A stretch of 38,815 bases of DNA, taken from a virus. Of this stretch, positions 34,327 through 38,815 are shown in pieces. The stretch is from the UHGV virus genome UHGV-0040013. The stretch is one strand, 5' to 3'. Both the position numbers and the translations under genes were made by a program. Under the pieces are notes generated by a model. That model ran no database searches and was not told where the DNA came from. It saw only the letters and a program-made list of their open reading frames with translations. Numbering within the stretch: position 1 is the first letter of the stretch; every line of letters starts with the position of its first letter.

Positions 34327-34644
34327 ATGGACTACACAGAAATCATTTCGGCGATGATTGCGCTGATCTCGGCGCTGGTATCGGCATTTTTGATCCCGTG
34401 GATCAAGGAGCGCGTCGGCGCGGACAAGCTCAAAAAGTGGCAGGCCTATGTGGAGATCGCGGTCAAGGCGGCGGAGCAGCTCTACAATGCCAACGAGGGC
34501 GCGGAGAAAAAGGCGTATGTGCTGCACTACCTCGCCGAGAGAGGCATCAAGTTTGATTCTGATACCGTGGATAAAATGATCGAGTCTGCGGTGCTGACGC
34601 TCCACCATGAGCTTTATGGAGGCAGCAATGGCACTGAAAATTAA
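34327..34644 (+). CDS. holin, LL-H family-like
   Basis: 105 aa, N-terminal TM then ...WQAYVEIAVKAAEQLYNANEG... resembling LL-H holins. Confidence 0.6.
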   Translation: MDYTEIISAMIALISALVSAFLIPWIKERVGADKLKKWQAYVEIAVKAAEQLYNANEGAEKKAYVLHYLAERGIKFDSDTVDKMIESAVLTLHHELYGGSNGTEN

Positions 34645-35305
34645 CGATACCATCCGGGCAACGAGAGTGGGCGGCAAGCGTCCGCTCTCGGCCATCCGGG
34701 CAATCGTGTTCCACTACACGGCCAATACCGGTCTGCATGCAACGGCGCTCGGGAACGCGCGGTATTTTGCAAACGGCTCCGAGGGGCGCGCTGCGTCGGC
34801 ACATTTCGTGGTAGATGAGGGCGATACCGTTTATCAGTGTGTGCCGCTGGACGTGGTTGCGTGGGCGGTTGGCGACGGCAGAAGCGGCAAATTCGGCAAG
34901 GTGTACGGCAACTACAACACCGTCAGTATCGAGATGGTGAGCCACACGGACGCTTCTGGCAAGTACTACATCCCGGAGGCGACGATGCGCAACGCCGCGC
35001 GGCTTTATCAAATGCTGCTGAAACAGCTTCCGAACGTGCAGGCCGCGATCCGGCACTATGACATTTCGATGAAGCTGTGTCCGCTGCCGCTGATTGACGA
35101 AAAGAAATGGGCGGGCTTTAAGAAACTCTTGGAGGAGGTGGACGAAGTGGTCACAAAGGCAAAGATGGTCGTTGACGGCAAGGAGATCGAGGTCGAGCGG
35201 ATTTTGAAGGACGGCACGAATTACGTCAAGGTGCGCGACCTCGCCGCCGCCCTCGGGCTCGATGTGAGCAATCAGGGCAATATCGCCGTGCTGACGCATA
35301 AGTAA
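34628..35305 (+). CDS. endolysin: N-acetylmuramoyl-L-alanine amidase (Amidase_2/PGRP) with C-terminal Cu-amine-oxidase-N-like wall-binding domain
   Basis: GGAGGCAGCA SD; ...AIVFHYTAN...HFVVDEGDTVYQCVPLDVVAWAVGDG... amidase_2 signature; C-terminal ...VDGKEIEVERILKDGTNYVKVRDLAAALGL.... Confidence 0.85.
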   Translation: MALKINDTIRATRVGGKRPLSAIRAIVFHYTANTGLHATALGNARYFANGSEGRAASAHFVVDEGDTVYQCVPLDVVAWAVGDGRSGKFGKVYGNYNTVSIEMVSHTDASGKYYIPEATMRNAARLYQMLLKQLPNVQAAIRHYDISMKLCPLPLIDEKKWAGFKKLLEEVDEVVTKAKMVVDGKEIEVERILKDGTNYVKVRDLAAALGLDVSNQGNIAVLTHK

Positions 35306-35341
35306 GCTGTCCGCCGCGCCCTTCCGGAAGGAGGGACGCCA

Positions 35342-35590
35342 TTGGCAAGCGCAAGAGTCCATATCCCAAAAGATCTATCCGGTTTGCTGCAAAGCGAGTG
35401 GGAGCGCGTCATATGCGAGGCCGGGTACAGCAGGCAGGACGCTGAGATCGTGCGCCGCTACATCGTGGGCAAGTCCCCACAGATCGACGTCGCCGTCGAG
35501 CTCTGCATGGAACGCAGCACGTTATCCAGGCGACTGCCCGGAATTTACACGAGGGCGCGGCAGACAGCTGAAAAGCTCAATATGATATGA
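35342..35590 (+). CDS. sigma-70 region-4-like HTH small regulator (putative late/accessory regulator)
   Basis: TTG 35342 after GGAGGGA; 82 aa; ...RQDAEIVRRYIVGKSPQIDVAVELCMERSTLSRRL... is a textbook region-4 HTH. Confidence 0.55.
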   Translation: MASARVHIPKDLSGLLQSEWERVICEAGYSRQDAEIVRRYIVGKSPQIDVAVELCMERSTLSRRLPGIYTRARQTAEKLNMI

Positions 35591-35729
35591 TAAAACCCCG
35601 GCGTCCAATGGACGTCGGGGGTTTTGCTTTGCGGCGTGACACGACGAGCGGTGCATCTGACAGCATAGACAGCGGGACATTTTTAGGCGCGTCACGCTCT
35701 AGCTTGTCGATATATTCGGCTACTGTCAT
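35577..35729 (-). CDS. questionable small ORF (50 aa) translationally coupled to upstream RHH gene; overlaps the bidirectional terminator
   Basis: ATG 35729 with GGAGGTGG SD and ATGA overlap to RHH stop, but hairpin lies inside it, so may be truncated/non-functional. Confidence 0.25.
   Translation of the reverse strand: MTVAEYIDKLERDAPKNVPLSMLSDAPLVVSRRKAKPPTSIGRRGFIISY
35591..35630. terminator. bidirectional Rho-independent terminator (GC-rich hairpin CCCCGGCGTCC...GGACGTCGGGGG flanked by AAAA and TTTTGCTTTG)
   Basis: Inverted repeat with A-run 5-prime and T-run 3-prime. Confidence 0.7.
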
Positions 35730-35908
35730 TTCCCCACCTCCAAATATGCGGCGATCCATCCACGGATCAGCTCGTTCGGTGTGGTGCCGCGGGACTTCGC
35801 GGCGGTCTTGAAGTTTTCCGCGATCTCCCGCTTGAGCTTGCAGGAGATCACGGACATATTTTCTGCATCCCACTTGTTGCGAGTGCGCTTTTGTGCATCA
35901 GTTGGCAT
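35726..35908 (-). CDS. ribbon-helix-helix (CopG/antitoxin-like) small DNA-binding protein
   Basis: ATG 35908 with AAAGGAGG SD (longest ORF to 35935 lacks SD); 60 aa, N-terminal beta-strand then two helices (…MSVISCKLKREIAENFKTAAKSRGTTPNELIRGWIAAYLE). Confidence 0.5.
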   Translation of the reverse strand: MPTDAQKRTRNKWDAENMSVISCKLKREIAENFKTAAKSRGTTPNELIRGWIAAYLEVGK

Positions 35909-35931
35909 TCCTTGCAGCCTCCTTTTCTGAA

Positions 35932-36714
35932 TCATAAAAAATGAATATGGATTTCTCCGTTTCTGATTTTTGTGTTGAGAAACGCGGCCTCTGGATTCGG
36001 GGCGTTTTCAATGCTTTTCTTGCATAAATAAAGTACGATCTGCAAAGCCTGTCTGTGCGCGGCAAGCTCGGCGTTTCTCCGCTCCAAAGTTGTGATCATG
36101 GCTCTGCGGATATCTGGATTATCATCCGATAGATTTTTCAGCGCTTCGTTTACCGTATGAGAGAAGCTCGAACGAACCGTTTTTTCTCCAAGATGGATTG
36201 GGATGCCGATGGTTTTGCCGGTTTCTTTTAGATACAGCAGCCGCAGCTCGTGATCGCCGCTATTTACATCATCCTCAAGATGCACAAACACACCATGGCA
36301 CGGAGAATCGATATACCGAAAGCCGTCGGCGAATTGCACATAAAAAGATCGGTACGGGATATGGTACAGCGCCTTGCTATCGATCTCAAACTCCTCATCT
36401 TCTTGTGCAAACAATCGTTCCTGCAAAGAACGGCCGACAATAAACACATCCTTGTTTTCAATCCATGGTGCAAGGGCGGCGATCTCTTGCGTTGCCTTTA
36501 TGGCGGCAGAAATGTTTTCGTATGTGCCAGGAGAATCGCCCATCACAATCGCCATTGCCGCGGACATTGGTGCATAGCACCATTGATTCCATCTCGGAAG
36601 CCCGTTCTTGCCGTTCATTTCATGGAACAGTTTCATTTTCTCCCAGGCATCAGGGTATTCTTCTGTTACTCTCTGCAACAGAGCAAGCGGTGGATATGAT
36701 GGATCAATTCGCAT
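35932..36714 (-). CDS. hypothetical protein B of accessory operon (260 aa), no recognisable domain
   Basis: Long minus-strand ORF, 11-nt overlap with upstream gene A (coupled), lower GC. Confidence 0.65.
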   Translation of the reverse strand: MRIDPSYPPLALLQRVTEEYPDAWEKMKLFHEMNGKNGLPRWNQWCYAPMSAAMAIVMGDSPGTYENISAAIKATQEIAALAPWIENKDVFIVGRSLQERLFAQEDEEFEIDSKALYHIPYRSFYVQFADGFRYIDSPCHGVFVHLEDDVNSGDHELRLLYLKETGKTIGIPIHLGEKTVRSSFSHTVNEALKNLSDDNPDIRRAMITTLERRNAELAAHRQALQIVLYLCKKSIENAPNPEAAFLNTKIRNGEIHIHFL

Positions 36715-37468
36715 TCTTGATCTCCTCCACCTTTTCCTTGTACGCTGCCAGCGCGGACTTGTAGTTTTTTATGGATGAAACATCTTCATCGGAAATACTT
36801 GTTTCCGTATTATCCAGGTAAATGCGCCAGTTTCCGGGCCTTCCATAGAATTTCCCGTTCCAGCGTCCTGCCGGGTAGCATACAGGGCGTTCCGGCTTTT
36901 CGAGCGCTGCTATTGCGCTCGCAACAGCGGCGTCGTCTTCTGCGAGGTGCTTTGCCATATCGCAGAAGAGCATATGATCAATCTGCGTGAAAGAGTTCCT
37001 GGATTCGAGTTCAGGGATAATCTCTTTCAGCGAGCGGATCGCATCGGAAACAGCAGAGGAAACGGCTTCTGAAAATTCTTTTGCAGTGGTATATTTGGGC
37101 GCCGGAAGTTCCTTGCTCCAACACGCGTTGAATCGAGTTCCCATATCCAGGATGCCGGACAATCCTGTTTCAAACGGAACATCCCAGCGATAGCCGCGAG
37201 ATTTGAGCGCATCCTTCACGGACCGGGTGTTCCCGGTAATGGAGATCACGATCTGCGCATTGAGAACATCAAGCCCAACGAGCGCCGTGATCGGGTTCTT
37301 CGGTTCTTCGGAACGCATACGCTTTGCGTAGCAGGCGGGGCATTCCGTATAGTGGTCTGCCGCCCACAGAGCCCAGCTATCAGCTTCGGCGCGAAGCCCT
37401 TTGTTGGCCGTTCTCGTAAATTCTGTTCCGCATGTTTCACATTTGCAGTAAGCTGTTGCTTTTGCCAT
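36704..37468 (-). CDS. hypothetical protein A of accessory operon (254 aa) with N-terminal C4 zinc ribbon
   Basis: MAKATAYCKCETCGTEF...TECPACYAKR; G-rich SD (GAGGGGGG) and TATAAT (complement of 37492-37497) immediately upstream. Confidence 0.65.
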   Translation of the reverse strand: MAKATAYCKCETCGTEFTRTANKGLRAEADSWALWAADHYTECPACYAKRMRSEEPKNPITALVGLDVLNAQIVISITGNTRSVKDALKSRGYRWDVPFETGLSGILDMGTRFNACWSKELPAPKYTTAKEFSEAVSSAVSDAIRSLKEIIPELESRNSFTQIDHMLFCDMAKHLAEDDAAVASAIAALEKPERPVCYPAGRWNGKFYGRPGNWRIYLDNTETSISDEDVSSIKNYKSALAAYKEKVEEIKNAN

Positions 37469-37491
37469 GATATTTGCCCCCCCTCTTTTTT

Positions 37492-37525
37492 ATTATACTG
37501 CTCCAATGCGGTTGCACCGGAGCAG
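37492..37525 (-). promoter_or_regulatory. promoter/operator for gene A: -10 TATAAT plus 7-bp inverted repeat CTGCTCC(37498-37504)/GGAGCAG(37519-37525) over the -35 region
   Basis: Read from sequence; -35 element weak, inverted repeat may be an operator (or a plus-strand terminator-like hairpin followed by ATTTTGTT). Confidence 0.35.
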
Positions 37526-37559
37526 ATTTTGTTGGAATGGAATGTGGTGGATCTCAAAC

Positions 37560-37775
37560 TCAGATCTTCTCGCCGCAGTATACGCGATACTGGATCTCTA
37601 CGGGAATATTGTGCTCAGTCCGCCCGCAATACCAACGGGAGAGGATTTCGCCGCTATCATCGTAGCTGGATTTTTTGGCCAGCTTAAGAAGCCGGCTTGC
37701 AGAGTTCGAGCGGTGGGAGAAAAACAACTGGCCGTTCTCGTCATATGCCTTAAAGAAGTATTTATACTGTTTCAT
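37560..37775 (-). CDS. hypothetical small basic protein (71 aa), first gene of accessory operon
   Basis: ATG 37775 with AGGAGGAA SD; Tyr/Lys-rich. Confidence 0.55.
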   Translation of the reverse strand: MKQYKYFFKAYDENGQLFFSHRSNSASRLLKLAKKSSYDDSGEILSRWYCGRTEHNIPVEIQYRVYCGEKI

Positions 37776-37838
37776 TTTGTGTTCCTCCTGCATTCATTTT
37801 TGATCTCCGAATCTCGCCTTGTTTTATCTTATGGCTAT

Positions 37839-37867
37839 ATTATATACTGTAATACCGTATATGTCAA
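37839..37867 (-). promoter_or_regulatory. consensus sigma70 promoter on minus strand: TTGACA (comp. 37862-37867) - 17 bp - TATAAT (comp. 37839-37844)
   Basis: Perfect hexamers and spacing, about 60 nt upstream of the 37775 start, in AT-rich intergenic region. Confidence 0.55.
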
Positions 37868-38006
37868 GGGGTTTTGCAAAAAAATCAAAATTATTTTACA
37901 CGCAACTTCACACTCCCTCACACTCACGCCCCCCTTGAAAAGCTGATCTCCGGTACAATGAGCATAGGAGCTGGCCAGTTCACTACATTTTTTGGAGGGA
38001 AACTCT

Positions 38007-38576
38007 ATGGAATACGCAAGCAACGGCAAGGCAAATGCGGCGCTGACCACTGGTATCATCGGCACGGCGGGTGTCGGTCTTGGACTGCTGGGCAATCTGC
38101 TCGGCGGCGGCTGGGGTGTAAATCCGGCTGCGGCTGTAGCGGCGGGCACGTGCAGCGAGAATATGCCGGTCACGCGCTATGAGCTTGATCGTGAGCAGCA
38201 GCTCGCGCAGAAGGACAGCGAGATCGCGATGCTCAAGGCCAACACCTACAACGATCAGAAGTCGCTGGAGATGTACGCCTACCTCGACGGACAGCTCAAG
38301 GACATCCGCAAGTCGATCTGCGATCAGGCCGTACACAACCAGCGCACCGAGGACAGCTTCGTCCTTGCCCGGCAGGACATCGCGTCCGTAAAGGACGAGC
38401 TGCACCGCGAAATCGAGATGGAGGCCGAGCGGCGCTGCTGCGGCGACAACTCGATTGTCACCTACGCGAACGCGACCTTTTACCCCAAGCAGGTTGCCGA
38501 CGTCACCACCGGCACCGCAACCACGGCGCAGACGCTCTACAATCCACTCCCGAAGTGCGGCTGCTGCAACAAGTAA
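38007..38576 (+). CDS. hypothetical protein with Gly-rich hydrophobic N-terminal segment, central coiled coil and C-terminal Cys pairs (CC...CGCC)
   Basis: GGAGGG SD, ATG 38007; GIIGTAGVGLGLLGNLLGGGWG glycine-zipper-like; ends PKCGCCNK. Confidence 0.55.
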   Translation: MEYASNGKANAALTTGIIGTAGVGLGLLGNLLGGGWGVNPAAAVAAGTCSENMPVTRYELDREQQLAQKDSEIAMLKANTYNDQKSLEMYAYLDGQLKDIRKSICDQAVHNQRTEDSFVLARQDIASVKDELHREIEMEAERRCCGDNSIVTYANATFYPKQVADVTTGTATTAQTLYNPLPKCGCCNK

Positions 38577-38627
38577 ATGCAAGGGGCGGCAATAGCCGCC
38601 CCACCTTAAAATGGAGGTAAACCAATA

Positions 38628-38815
38628 TGGTGACAATAGATCAGGCCATGCGCGGCTTGGCGCAGTATGCCGACAATGAGATCATCCCGCACCTGCCAAC
38701 CGGCAAGGGAATTGGAGCCGGGATCGCGCTGGCGCTCATCATGGACGGCGGGAAAAGCCGTATCCTCGCGCTGAAGGATCACCCAGCGGTGCAGATGATG
38801 GGCATTATGGATGAG
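38628..38815 (+). CDS. hypothetical protein, 5-prime partial (continues beyond window), likely membrane-associated
   Basis: AATGGAGGTAAACC SD, ATG 38628; GKGIGAGIALALIMDGG hydrophobic/Gly segment. Confidence 0.45.

Noticed and set aside
35577-35873. 98-aa minus-strand ORF overlapping the sigma-like gene 3-prime end, the terminator and the RHH gene
   Set aside because: Longest form overlaps the RHH gene in another frame without SD; only the 50-aa coupled version (35577-35729) is retained at low confidence.
1-38815. Searched by eye for CRISPR arrays, reverse transcriptase/DGR template-variable repeats, transposase/IS ends, rRNA
   Set aside because: No regularly spaced direct repeats, no RT motifs (YxDD) in any long ORF, no IS-like inverted terminal repeats found. 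The only tRNA-like sequence is the 3-prime fragment at 701-742.

Overview
This window is almost entirely one integrated temperate siphovirus-type prophage, HK97-like with cos/HNH packaging, in a high-GC Firmicutes-like background (about 60% GC by eye). The layout from left to right is as follows. (1) Positions 1-631 hold the tail end of something else: two plus-strand genes, then a 3-prime tRNA fragment at 701-742 (T-arm, acceptor 3-prime strand and CCA, but no 5-prime half) and a terminator at 748-784. I read this as the att core. (2) A leftward lysogeny operon follows: a tyrosine integrase at 878-1990, an HTH-TM protein, a lower-GC membrane protein with an internal tandem repeat, and a CI-like repressor. 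(3) A divergent cI/cro switch sits at 4004-4148 with a perfect TTGACA-17-TATAAT promoter that has a 19-bp palindromic operator in its spacer. (4) The early/replication block contains Cro, an Xis-like HTH protein, a DnaD-like replisome organizer with candidate iterons plus an A-rich tract inside the gene, a DnaB helicase, ParA, a DUF3102-like coiled-coil partner, and a PcfK/PcfJ-like pair. It also carries a Lar-type anti-restriction protein, a DUF4406-like protein, many small ORFs, and an HUH (Rep_1/pC194-like) rolling-circle Rep, which is not expected in this kind of phage. (5) Tandem terminators are followed by an HNH endonuclease and a fused P27-type TerS-TerL ORF, then portal, prohead protease, major capsid, connector and adaptor proteins, and the major tail protein. 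Next come a tail chaperone with a visible A_AAA_AAC -1 frameshift site, the tape measure protein, an FN3-rich Dit-like protein, Tal, Ig-like proteins and a low-GC receptor-binding cassette. (6) The lysis cassette has XhlA, two holins and an amidase endolysin, followed by a sigma-region-4-like small regulator and a bidirectional terminator. (7) A lower-GC, opposite-strand operon of four or five genes at 35577-37880 has its own sigma70 promoters, and none of its genes is recognisable. It sits in the classic prophage-end position for accessory or defence cargo and is my top candidate for an undescribed system. The int-proximal membrane-protein pair is the second candidate. (8) Plus-strand genes resume at 38007 with a Gly/Cys-rich protein and a partial ORF. 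I found no CRISPR array, rRNA, reverse transcriptase or transposase. All similarity calls are from motif recognition by eye and no database search was run.
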